A DNA stretch of 32,000 nt, from positions 5,284 through 37,283 of the forward strand of contig JAPLKZ010000007.1 of assembly GCA_026387835.1 (NCBI GenBank), in the 5' to 3' direction. The notes beneath the pieces are model-generated. The model saw nothing but the letters and a program-made list of their open reading frames with translations. It was not told the DNA's origin and searched no databases. The stretch is from Candidatus Saganbacteria bacterium (GTDB taxonomy: Bacteria; Margulisbacteria; WOR-1; JAKLHX01). The first letter of the stretch is position 1. Each line of letters opens with the position of its first letter. Made by a program: the position numbers and the translations under genes. Shown in pieces: positions 7,987 through 16,641 of this stretch.

Positions 7987-10161
7987 ATGTCAACAAGACA
8001 ACCTTTGAGCGTTGCGTTCGTCTGGCATATGCACCAGCCCTTTTACAAAGACCTGGTGACGCACGAATATTTCCTTCCCTGGGTCAGGCTCCACGCGATA
8101 AAAGATTATTACGACATGGTCGCGTACTTGGATAGATATCCCAAAATAAGATCTGTGTTCAATATTGTCCCTTCTCTCTTCACGCAGATAGAGGATTATG
8201 TGAACGGCACGGCGAAAGACAAGTTCATGATCATGTCCCTGAAGCATCCCGAAGAACTCAGTCACGAAGAAAAGATCTTCATCCTCAAGAATTTTTTCAT
8301 GGCCAACTGGGACACGATGATAAAACCGTACCCGAGATATAATGACCTTCTGCTTAAAAGGGGCCGCTTCGTGACGCTGCACGATATAAGCCAGGTGGCG
8401 GCGCGTTTTTCAAGCCAGGAGCTTCTTGACCTCCAGGTCTGGTTCAACCTGGCCTGGTTCGGCGCGGTCTACAAGCAGAACAATCCCGCGATAAAGGGAC
8501 TTCTTGAAAAAGGGAAGAACTATAACGAGGATGACAAGAAAATACTTTTTGAAAAACAGATCGAGATAATGAGACTGATCCTCCCGAAATACAAACAGCT
8601 GCAGGAGTCGGGGCAGATAGAAGTGACCGTGACCCCTTTCTGCCACCCGATACTGCCTTTGCTCTGCAACGGCTCGGTCGCCAGGGTATCGGACCCGGGG
8701 ATCACACTCCCTAAATACAATTTTTCTTATCCCGAGGACGCAAAAAGGCAGGTGAAGGACGCGGTCGCGTATTATAAAAAGAATTTCGGGGCGGACCCCG
8801 AAGGGATGTGGCCTTCCGAAGGCTCGGTGTCGGAAGACATAATCCCGATAATCGCGGGCGAGGGGATAAAATGGATCGCGACCGACGAGGAAATATTGAG
8901 CAGCACTTTAAAAAAGAAATTATCCGCGGCGGAACTTTTCACTCCTTATATCGTCGAAAAGGACGGCTCTCAACTGACGATAATATTCCGCGACCACAGG
9001 ATATCCGACGACCTCGGATTTGTCTATGCCAAATGGGCCCCGAGGGACGCGGCCGCGGATATCGTCGGAAAATTACACAAGATAGCGGATGTTCTGCCCG
9101 ATGACGGCAGGAATTACCTCGTGAGCATCATCCTGGACGGTGAGAACGCCTGGGAATACTACCAGAACAACGGCAAGGATTTCTTTGACAACTTGTATTC
9201 CATGCTTTCAAACGATCATAGATTGCAGACGGTAAGGGTGAAGGACTTCTTAAAAGAAAATCCGCCGTCAAGCAGGCTCCAAAATCTTTTCCCCGGGTCA
9301 TGGATCAATCATAACTTCAATATATGGATAGGCCACAGCGAGGACAATCTGGCCTGGGACCACCTGTACAAAGCAAGAGAAGCTCTTTGCAAAGCGGAGA
9401 ACGCTCCTCATATCGCGTGGGATGAGCTGGCAGTGGCGGAAGGATCCGACTGGAACTGGTGGTACGGCAACGATCACAGCAGCGATAATGATGAAGACTT
9501 CGATATTCTTTTCAGAAAACATCTGATCAATATTTACCGTCTGATCGGGCAGGAGCATCCAAAACAGCTTGAGTCGCCGATAAAACAGATGAAGGTCGTA
9601 AAACCGACGAGAGAGCCGGTCTACCTGATCGAGCCGATAATCGACGGAGAGGTGTCGAATTATTATGAATGGCTGTCTGCCGGGCTGTACAGCGTGGACC
9701 AGTTCAGGGGCGCGATGCACCAGATCGAAACAGTAATAAGAAATATATATTATGGTTTCAGTACAGACACTCTGTATATCAGGATCGACACGGCGATAGA
9801 GTTGAATTGCACAGAAAATCCTGAACTGAAGTCAGTGTCGTTTGAAGTGAACATATCAAAGCCTAAACAATATAAAATAGAACTGTCATGCGACGAAAAA
9901 TGCGAAAAAAGAGTCGCGGTCTTCAAGCTGGGCCAATCAGGACAGTTCGAAAAGAAGAGCGGAATAAGCACGTTTGCCGTGAAAAAGATCATCGAGATCG
10001 GCGTGCCGTTCTCCGTTCTGGAGATCAGGCAGGGGGACGAGGTCCAGCTGAACGTTTCAGTGAAAAAAGACTGCAGGGAGCTTGAAAGCTGGCCAAAGGG
10101 CGGGATAATAAACTTCAAGGCGCCTGACGAGGATTATTTAGCATCGAGCTGGTTCGTATAG
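7987..10161 (+). CDS. GH57 family glycoside hydrolase, amylopullulanase/alpha-amylase-like subtype
   Basis: GH57 conserved regions are present: WHMHQPFY, GQIEVTVTPFCHP, WPSEGS (nucleophile Glu), LDGENAWEY (acid/base Asp), GSDWNWWYG. Confidence 0.85.
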   Translation: MSTRQPLSVAFVWHMHQPFYKDLVTHEYFLPWVRLHAIKDYYDMVAYLDRYPKIRSVFNIVPSLFTQIEDYVNGTAKDKFMIMSLKHPEELSHEEKIFILKNFFMANWDTMIKPYPRYNDLLLKRGRFVTLHDISQVAARFSSQELLDLQVWFNLAWFGAVYKQNNPAIKGLLEKGKNYNEDDKKILFEKQIEIMRLILPKYKQLQESGQIEVTVTPFCHPILPLLCNGSVARVSDPGITLPKYNFSYPEDAKRQVKDAVAYYKKNFGADPEGMWPSEGSVSEDIIPIIAGEGIKWIATDEEILSSTLKKKLSAAELFTPYIVEKDGSQLTIIFRDHRISDDLGFVYAKWAPRDAAADIVGKLHKIADVLPDDGRNYLVSIILDGENAWEYYQNNGKDFFDNLYSMLSNDHRLQTVRVKDFLKENPPSSRLQNLFPGSWINHNFNIWIGHSEDNLAWDHLYKAREALCKAENAPHIAWDELAVAEGSDWNWWYGNDHSSDNDEDFDILFRKHLINIYRLIGQEHPKQLESPIKQMKVVKPTREPVYLIEPIIDGEVSNYYEWLSAGLYSVDQFRGAMHQIETVIRNIYYGFSTDTLYIRIDTAIELNCTENPELKSVSFEVNISKPKQYKIELSCDEKCEKRVAVFKLGQSGQFEKKSGISTFAVKKIIEIGVPFSVLEIRQGDEVQLNVSVKKDCRELESWPKGGIINFKAPDEDYLASSWFV

Positions 10162-10171
10162 AGGAAAATAA

Positions 10172-12328
10172 ATGAAAAAAATAAACTTTCTGTTCGCGGT
10201 CCACTGCCACCAGCCCGTGGGGAATTTCGAGGGCGTGATAGAGGACGCTTATCAAAAGTCATATCTGCCGTTTATCAATGTCCTTGAGAAATTCCCGTCC
10301 ATCAGGATAACGGTCCACTACACGGGCGTGCTGCTTTCCTGGTTCAGAAAAAAACACCCGGAGTTCCTGAAAAGATTGAACGCGCTGGCAAAAAAAGGGC
10401 GTATAGAGATATTGACGGGCGGATATTACGAGCCGATCCTTTCGGTCATTCCCGAACGGGACAGGACGAGCCAGATCCGGAAACAGACGGCGTTCACGAA
10501 AGAACATCTGGGATATGATCCGAAGGGAGCCTGGCTTGCCGAGCGTATCTGGGAGCCCGGTCTCGTAAAAAGCCTGAGCGACGCGGGGGTAAAGTTCACG
10601 GCGCTCGATGATTACCATTTTATAAGCGCGGGGCTCGAAGAGAACGAGCTGAAAGGTTATTTTGTCACCGAAGACCAGGGATGCACTTTGGACGTGTTCC
10701 CTATAAGTAAAAAACTCCGGTACCTGATGCCGTTCAAGCTGCCGCATGAGACCATCGATCATTTAAGGGAGATCGCGACGGAAAGCGGCGACCTTGCCGC
10801 GGTGATCGCGGATGACGGCGAGAAATTCGGGGTATGGCCCGGGACGCATAAATGGGTCTATGAAGAGCGCTGGCTCGAATTGTTCTTCGGTCTTCTGGAG
10901 CAGGAGAGCGGCTGGATAAAAACGATGACGTTCTCCGAGTACAGGGAAAAATATCCCGCGAAAGGGCGTATCTATATTCCCACGGCTTCGTATTTCGAGA
11001 TGATGGGATGGTCCCTTTTTCTGAACGCGGGGAAGAAGTTCGACAAGATAGAGAACGAGATAAAAGCTTCCGGCAATTACGACAGGTACCAGCAGTTCTT
11101 TAAAGGCGGTTTCTGGAGGAATTTCTTCGTGAAATACCCGGAAAGCAACAACATGCACAAGAAAATGCTGCTGGTGTCAAGAAAGACCGAGAATGCAGCG
11201 AAGAATTTATCGATCGATACGGAAAAGATCCGCGATGAACTGATGCAGGGGCAATGCAACTGCGCCTACTGGCACGGAGTTTTCGGCGGTCTCTACTTAA
11301 ATTACCTGAGGCACGCGGTGTATGAACATCTGATAAAAGCGGAGAACCTGGCGGACGATATCATCCACCAGGGCGGAAAATGGCTGGAAGCGGAGATCGA
11401 GGATTTTGACAAGGACGGGGAAGACGAGATACTGGTCAGCACGCAGCTGATGAATTTATATTTTGACCCCGACAAGGGCGGCACCCTCATTGAACTTGAT
11501 TACAGGCCCAAATGTTTCAACCTGCTCAACACTTTTTCAAGAAGGGAAGAAGTCTACCATAAAGAGATCTTAAAACCGGAACTTCACCAGCTGACCCTCA
11601 CCGGCACGGCCGGCGGCGCGGCGAGCATTCATGACGCGGTCAGAGTAAAAGAGATCGGCCTTCAGGACCACCTGAACTATGACTGGTACAGGAGAGCCTG
11701 TTTTATCGAGCATTTTCTTGCGGAAGACACGACGCTTGAAAACTTTTCAAAAAGCAGGTACAGGGAGCTCGGAGATTTTGTCGACCAGCCTTATGTCGGA
11801 GAGGTCTCTTACGGCAGGAACGAGGTCTCGGTCATCCTGACAAGGGACGGACACGTCAAAAAGAACGGTGACAGGATACCCGTCAGGGTGTCAAAGACAT
11901 TCCTTATAACTTCCGAAAATACGGATATGGAAGTGAAATGGGAGATAAAGAACCTGAGCGACAAGCCCGTCGACCTGTGGTTCGGCGTGGAATATAACTT
12001 CTCGCTTTTAGCGGGCAACGCGCCGGACAGATACTACCTGATAGACGGCAAAAAACCGGACGATCCAAAGCTCGCGAGTTATGGACAGACTTCTGATATA
12101 TACGAAGTCAATTTGATTGACAAATGGAGCGGAATAAGTATAATTATAGATGCGGGAAAACGGTCTGACCTCTGGAGATTTCCTATCGAGACGGTCTCTC
12201 AATCCGAAGGAGGATTCGAGAGGACGTATCAGGGGTCTTGTCTATTGTCCCATTTGAAGATGAACTTGCCCGCTAACAGCTCTCAGGAATATTCGGTCAA
12301 ATTTAAGATAAAGGAAGGAGCTCGGTAA
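10172..12328 (+). CDS. GH57 family 4-alpha-glucanotransferase/alpha-amylase type with C-terminal extension
   Basis: AGAGGA RBS. GH57 conserved regions are present: HCHQP, GRIEILTGGYYEP, WLAERIWEP, ADDGEKFGVWPGT, GQCNCAYWHGVFGG. Confidence 0.85.
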   Translation: MKKINFLFAVHCHQPVGNFEGVIEDAYQKSYLPFINVLEKFPSIRITVHYTGVLLSWFRKKHPEFLKRLNALAKKGRIEILTGGYYEPILSVIPERDRTSQIRKQTAFTKEHLGYDPKGAWLAERIWEPGLVKSLSDAGVKFTALDDYHFISAGLEENELKGYFVTEDQGCTLDVFPISKKLRYLMPFKLPHETIDHLREIATESGDLAAVIADDGEKFGVWPGTHKWVYEERWLELFFGLLEQESGWIKTMTFSEYREKYPAKGRIYIPTASYFEMMGWSLFLNAGKKFDKIENEIKASGNYDRYQQFFKGGFWRNFFVKYPESNNMHKKMLLVSRKTENAAKNLSIDTEKIRDELMQGQCNCAYWHGVFGGLYLNYLRHAVYEHLIKAENLADDIIHQGGKWLEAEIEDFDKDGEDEILVSTQLMNLYFDPDKGGTLIELDYRPKCFNLLNTFSRREEVYHKEILKPELHQLTLTGTAGGAASIHDAVRVKEIGLQDHLNYDWYRRACFIEHFLAEDTTLENFSKSRYRELGDFVDQPYVGEVSYGRNEVSVILTRDGHVKKNGDRIPVRVSKTFLITSENTDMEVKWEIKNLSDKPVDLWFGVEYNFSLLAGNAPDRYYLIDGKKPDDPKLASYGQTSDIYEVNLIDKWSGISIIIDAGKRSDLWRFPIETVSQSEGGFERTYQGSCLLSHLKMNLPANSSQEYSVKFKIKEGAR

Positions 12329-13362
12329 TGCCTGAACTCAGGAAAGACCCTATTTCGGACAGATGGGTGGTGATATCGACGGAAAGAGGCAGAAGACCGT
12401 CGGATTTCAAGGCCGGCGAGGAGAAAAGCGGCAAGGAAGAGGCCAAGACCTGCCCGTTCTGCGAGGGGAACGAAACCAAGACCCCGAAAGAAATAATCGC
12501 TTACAGAAAACCGGGGACCGCGGCCGACACTCCGGGCTGGCTTGTGCGCGTGATGCCGAATAAATTCCCGGCGCTCGTGATAGAGGGAGAGGTCAACAGG
12601 ACCGGCATAGGGATATTTGACATGATGAGCGGCATCGGCGCGCACGAAGTCATAGTTGAAACACCCAGGCATAATGAGTCCATCCCTGACATGGATGATC
12701 CGCAGGTGGAAAAGGTCCTTTGGGCTTATAAAGAGAGGATAAGGGACCTTGAAAGGGATAAAAGGTTCAGGTATGTGCTCGTGTTCAAGAATTACGGGGA
12801 GGCGGCGGGCGCGTCGCTTTCACACTCGCACTCCCAGCTGATCGCCACTCCGATAACCCCAAGGTACATAAAAATGGAGCTTACCAACTCGCGGCAGTAT
12901 TTTGTGGAGAAAGAGCGCTGCATCTTCTGCGACCTGATAAGACAGGAGCTTTCTTACGGGGAGAGGATAGTCGCTGAGAACGAGAATTTTGTGGTCTTCA
13001 CGCCGTTCGCCTCGAGGTTCCCTTTCGAGGTCTGGCTGCTCCCGAGGAAGCATTATTACGGGTTCACGGAGATGAACGAGGAAGAGACAAAGCAGTGCGC
13101 CAGGATGCTGAAGGATATCCTCACACGGCTGAAAAAATGCCTTTATGACCCGCCGTATAACTATGTCGTCCACACCGCCCCGAATGTCCTTACAAGACCG
13201 GGAAGGCCCGATTACTGGGGTACGATACAATATGATTTTCACTGGCATATAGAGATAATCCCGAGGCTTACAAAAGTCGCGGGATTCGAATGGGGATCAG
13301 GGCTGTACATAAATCCGACGCCGCCGGAAGAAGCGGCAAAATATCTCAGGGAGATCATGTAA
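12328..13362 (+). CDS. GalT-type HIT-superfamily nucleotidyltransferase/phosphorylase (galactose-1-phosphate uridylyltransferase family)
   Basis: The start overlaps the upstream stop (TAATG at 12326-12330). N-terminal ELRKDPISDRWVVIS, Cys motif CPFCEGNE, active-site SHSHSQLIA (the HxHxQ motif), and a second CIFCD motif. Confidence 0.85.
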   Translation: MPELRKDPISDRWVVISTERGRRPSDFKAGEEKSGKEEAKTCPFCEGNETKTPKEIIAYRKPGTAADTPGWLVRVMPNKFPALVIEGEVNRTGIGIFDMMSGIGAHEVIVETPRHNESIPDMDDPQVEKVLWAYKERIRDLERDKRFRYVLVFKNYGEAAGASLSHSHSQLIATPITPRYIKMELTNSRQYFVEKERCIFCDLIRQELSYGERIVAENENFVVFTPFASRFPFEVWLLPRKHYYGFTEMNEEETKQCARMLKDILTRLKKCLYDPPYNYVVHTAPNVLTRPGRPDYWGTIQYDFHWHIEIIPRLTKVAGFEWGSGLYINPTPPEEAAKYLREIM

Positions 13363-13377
13363 AAGGAGGCGGTCAAA

Positions 13378-14397
13378 ATGGCAGAGAGTTCTAAACCGAA
13401 AAGAACCAGAGCAAAATCAGCCGCGCCGAAAAAAATGGCAGCCCCGAAAGCGGAAGGCATAAAAAAACCGCGGCAGAGGAAGACACAAAAAAAAGTCTCC
13501 CCGGTTGTTCAACAGACCGAAAAATCAGTCCAGAATATCCCGCAGGAAAAATCAAGGGTAGAAGAAAGCAAGTATTACGCGGGTCCGGTCATACAAAAAT
13601 TTTTCGAGGATAAAGGATATGAACTCCCGGCGGGCTACGGAGACGCGCGCATAACGCTGATGGTCCGCGATCCTTACTGGATCCACGCTTACTGGGAGCT
13701 GGCAGACTGGAAACTTGAGGAGTTGAAGTCCATGATGGGACATGATAATTTCTCAAGGTCAAAAAAGATGCTGCGCGTATATGATGTCACAGATATTAAG
13801 TTTACAGGGGTCAACGCGAACAAATCATATGATATAGATGTTTCTCACGACGCGAGGAACTGGTACATAAATCCCGGCGACCCCAACAGAAGCTACTGTG
13901 TAGATATCGGCTTCCTCGACCCGCACGGAAAGTTCTTTGTAGCCGCGCGCTCGAATGTCGTCTCGACCCCCAGGGACAGCATGTCCGATGTCATAGACGA
14001 GGAATGGCTGACAATAGACTGGGAAAGGATGTACGCGCTTTCGGGAGGGTTCGGCATAGGAAAATCATCAGGCGAGATAAAAGAGCTCCTGAAAAAAAGA
14101 TTAAGGGAAGAGATGTCCTCGGGTTTTATGGGATGGAGCGGTTCGATCACGGCAAGGCCGGAGAAGGCAAAAGATTTCTGGCTGGTCGCAAATACCGAGC
14201 TGATCGTTTACGGCGCGACAGAACCTGACGCAAAGGTCTCCATTCAGGGTCTGCCCGTAAAACTGCGGCATGACGGGACGTTCTCCATGAGGTTCGCACT
14301 TCCCGACGGCAGGCAGGAGATACCGATAGAGGCCATCAGCAGGGACGGAAACCTGAAGAGGTCAATACACAAGACAGTGGAAAAACGGACCAAGTGA
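13378..14397 (+). CDS. DUF4912-like protein with Lys/Pro/Ala-rich basic N-terminal tail
   Basis: AAGGAGG at 13364-13370. The first ~60 aa are strongly basic and low complexity. The signature ELPAGYGDARITLMVRDPYWIHAYWEL matches what I recall of the DUF4912 family. Confidence 0.75.
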   Translation: MAESSKPKRTRAKSAAPKKMAAPKAEGIKKPRQRKTQKKVSPVVQQTEKSVQNIPQEKSRVEESKYYAGPVIQKFFEDKGYELPAGYGDARITLMVRDPYWIHAYWELADWKLEELKSMMGHDNFSRSKKMLRVYDVTDIKFTGVNANKSYDIDVSHDARNWYINPGDPNRSYCVDIGFLDPHGKFFVAARSNVVSTPRDSMSDVIDEEWLTIDWERMYALSGGFGIGKSSGEIKELLKKRLREEMSSGFMGWSGSITARPEKAKDFWLVANTELIVYGATEPDAKVSIQGLPVKLRHDGTFSMRFALPDGRQEIPIEAISRDGNLKRSIHKTVEKRTK

Positions 14398-15980
14398 TGG
14401 AAAAGGGCTATCTTTCACTTGTCCTTCATGCCCACCTTCCGTATGTCAGGCATCCGGAGTTCCATGATTTTATGGAAGAGGACTGGTTTTACGAGGCTAT
14501 CACCGAGACTTACATCCCGCTTATAAACGTATTTGAGGGCCTGATAAAGGACAATGTCCCGTTCAAGATCACTGTTTCTTTTTCTCCCACTCTTCTTGCC
14601 ATGTTCCGCGATCCTCTTCTGCAGGAACGCTACATCGAGCATATCAACAAGCTGATAGAGCTTTCATATAAAGAAATAGAGCGGACGAGGTTCGAGCCGC
14701 AGTTCAACAATCTCGCGCACATGTACAAGGATAAATTCGAAAATGCCAGACACGTGTTCTGCGACAAATACCGGAGGGACCTGACGAAGGCGTTTAAATG
14801 GTTCAACGAAACGGGCAGCGTCGAAGTGATCACCTGCGGTGCGACGCACGGTTTCCTCCCCCTGATGGAAACAGCCCCGGAAGCGGCAAGAGCGCAGGTA
14901 AAGATCGCGGCCTCTTATTTCAGGGAAGTTTTCGGCAGAAGCCCTCTCGGCATATGGTTCCCGGAATGCGGATATAATCCGGGGCACGACAAGTTTTTGA
15001 ACGAAGAGAACATCAGATACTTTTTTGTGGACACACACGGAGTGCTCCACGCCTCTCCCAGGCCCAAGTACGGAGTATTCGCGCCAATATATACAAAAAA
15101 CGGCGTCGCGGCTTTCGGGCGTGATGTCGAATCATCCAAGGCTGTCTGGAGCGCTAAAGAAGGGTACCCGGGAGACTGTAATTACCGTGATTTCTACCGC
15201 GACGTGGGATTTGACCTGGACTTCGATTATATAAAACCGTATATTCATTCTGACGGGTTAAGGATAAACACCGGGATCAAATATTATAAAATAACCGGCC
15301 CCACGGACCACAAGGAACCTTACAACAGGCACTGGGCTCTTGAAAAGGCAGCCGACCACGCGGGCAACTTTTTGTTCAACAGGCAGAAACAGGCAGAGTT
15401 CCTCTGCGATTACATGGAGAAAAAACCGATCATAATATCGCCTTATGACGCGGAACTGTACGGCCACTGGTGGTTCGAAGGGCCTGATTGGCTCAACTTT
15501 TTGATAAGGAAGATAGCGTATGATCAGGACATCATAAGGCTGACGACCCCTGCTCAGTATCTTGAGGAGAATCCGAGGAACCAGGTCTCAACTCCTTCCA
15601 TGAGCAGCTGGGGGTGGAAAGGGTATTCGGAATACTGGCTTGAAGGGAGCAACGACTGGATTTACAGGTACCTGCACAAAGCCGCGGAGAGGATGACGGA
15701 GATCGCAAATCAAAATAAAGGCGCTTACGGTCAGATGGAACGGGCACTAAAACAAGCGGCAAGAGAATTGATCCTTGCGCAGGCAAGCGACTGGGCATTC
15801 ATCATGAAGGCCGGGACCGTTGTTGAGTACGCAGTTAAAAGGACAAAAGACCATATCGAACGGTTCACAAAGCTTTACGAGATGATCAAAGCAAATAATA
15901 TCGATGAAGGTTATCTTTCAGATATAGAATCAAAGGATAATCTATTTCCGAATATTGATTTTAGGGTTTACTGCTCTTAA
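14394..15980 (+). CDS. GH57 1,4-alpha-glucan branching enzyme
   Basis: The start is GTG 14394 or ATG 14397, and either overlaps the upstream TGA (14395-14397). Motifs: LVLHAHLPYV, GSVEVITCGATHGFLP, WFPECGY (nucleophile Glu), YDAELYGHWWFEG (Asp), AQASDWAF. Confidence 0.88.
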   Translation: MMEKGYLSLVLHAHLPYVRHPEFHDFMEEDWFYEAITETYIPLINVFEGLIKDNVPFKITVSFSPTLLAMFRDPLLQERYIEHINKLIELSYKEIERTRFEPQFNNLAHMYKDKFENARHVFCDKYRRDLTKAFKWFNETGSVEVITCGATHGFLPLMETAPEAARAQVKIAASYFREVFGRSPLGIWFPECGYNPGHDKFLNEENIRYFFVDTHGVLHASPRPKYGVFAPIYTKNGVAAFGRDVESSKAVWSAKEGYPGDCNYRDFYRDVGFDLDFDYIKPYIHSDGLRINTGIKYYKITGPTDHKEPYNRHWALEKAADHAGNFLFNRQKQAEFLCDYMEKKPIIISPYDAELYGHWWFEGPDWLNFLIRKIAYDQDIIRLTTPAQYLEENPRNQVSTPSMSSWGWKGYSEYWLEGSNDWIYRYLHKAAERMTEIANQNKGAYGQMERALKQAARELILAQASDWAFIMKAGTVVEYAVKRTKDHIERFTKLYEMIKANNIDEGYLSDIESKDNLFPNIDFRVYCS

Positions 15981-16000
15981 TTAATCTCCGATTCTATTTT

Positions 16001-16534
16001 CTATAAGAAGCCAATCTTCCCCTTAGGTTTAATTTCTTCCTTCATCAACTGCCTTATCGCGTTGAATATGGCTATGATATCCTCGTCGTGCTTCTCGATC
16101 TTGCGCTCGAGTTCGTTCAGCTTGTGAACAAGTTCTTTATTATTTGATACCATCTGCCGGAGCTTTACAAAGGCGCGCATTATGGCGATGTTGACGAGGA
16201 TGGCGCGGTCGCTCCTTAATACAGATGACAACATCAATATCCCGTGTTCAGTAAAAGCTCTCGGAAGCTTTCTGATCCCTCCCCAACTTGATATTCCAAA
16301 ATGGAATATCAAGTTATCATATTCCTCTTTATTCAGCCTGAACATAAAGTCTCCCGGGAAACGATCTAAATTTCTTGAGACCGCTTTGTTTAGGTTAAAT
16401 GTTGTTATGTCATATAAGATAGCCAAGTCCTTATCGAACATGACTTTTTGTCCTCTGACCAAAAAGATCTTATTTTCTATGATCTCAATCGGGATCAATG
16501 CCTTACTGTCGGATTTTTCGACATTCTTTTCCAT
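16001..16534 (-). CDS. ORF6N/ORF6C-domain protein (KilA-N-related DNA-binding family)
   Basis: I moved the start to the ATG at 16534, which has AAAGGA 9 nt upstream. ORF6N-like core IENKIFLVRGQKVMFDKDLAILYDITTFNLNKAVSRNLDRFPGDFMFRLNKEE..LPRAFTEHGILMLSSVL. C-terminal coiled coil. Noticeably AT-rich. Confidence 0.8.
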   Translation of the reverse strand: MEKNVEKSDSKALIPIEIIENKIFLVRGQKVMFDKDLAILYDITTFNLNKAVSRNLDRFPGDFMFRLNKEEYDNLIFHFGISSWGGIRKLPRAFTEHGILMLSSVLRSDRAILVNIAIMRAFVKLRQMVSNNKELVHKLNELERKIEKHDEDIIAIFNAIRQLMKEEIKPKGKIGFL

Positions 16535-16641
16535 AAAACAACATCCTTTGTTCGTTATTTCAGTTTTATATGCACAAATGAGCAATTTGGATGCCACCTC
16601 CCCCTTGACCCCTAACTCCTAACCCTATACCCTATATATAT

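Noticed and set aside
12328-13362. The GalT-like gene, considered as evidence for a galactose (Leloir) utilisation locus.
   Set aside because: No galK, galE, galM or galactoside transporter is in the window, and the gene is translationally coupled to GH57 glucan enzymes. A glucan-related nucleotide-sugar role fits the context better.
16535-16597. The upstream extension of the ORF6N gene (21 extra codons). The analogous extension of the rpmB ORF is at 26661-26717.
   Set aside because: The internal ATGs at 16534 and 26660 have RBS motifs at the correct spacing and match the conserved N-termini. The extensions have no RBS and would overlap the promoter regions.
16598-16641. A pyrimidine-rich run with CCCTAA-like 7-nt periodicity (CCCCTAA CTCCTAA CCCTATA CCCTATA) that resembles telomere-repeat complements.
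   Set aside because: It is only about four degenerate units inside a divergent promoter region, so it is most simply low-complexity promoter or spacer DNA. I could not fix a convincing -10/-35 pair there either.
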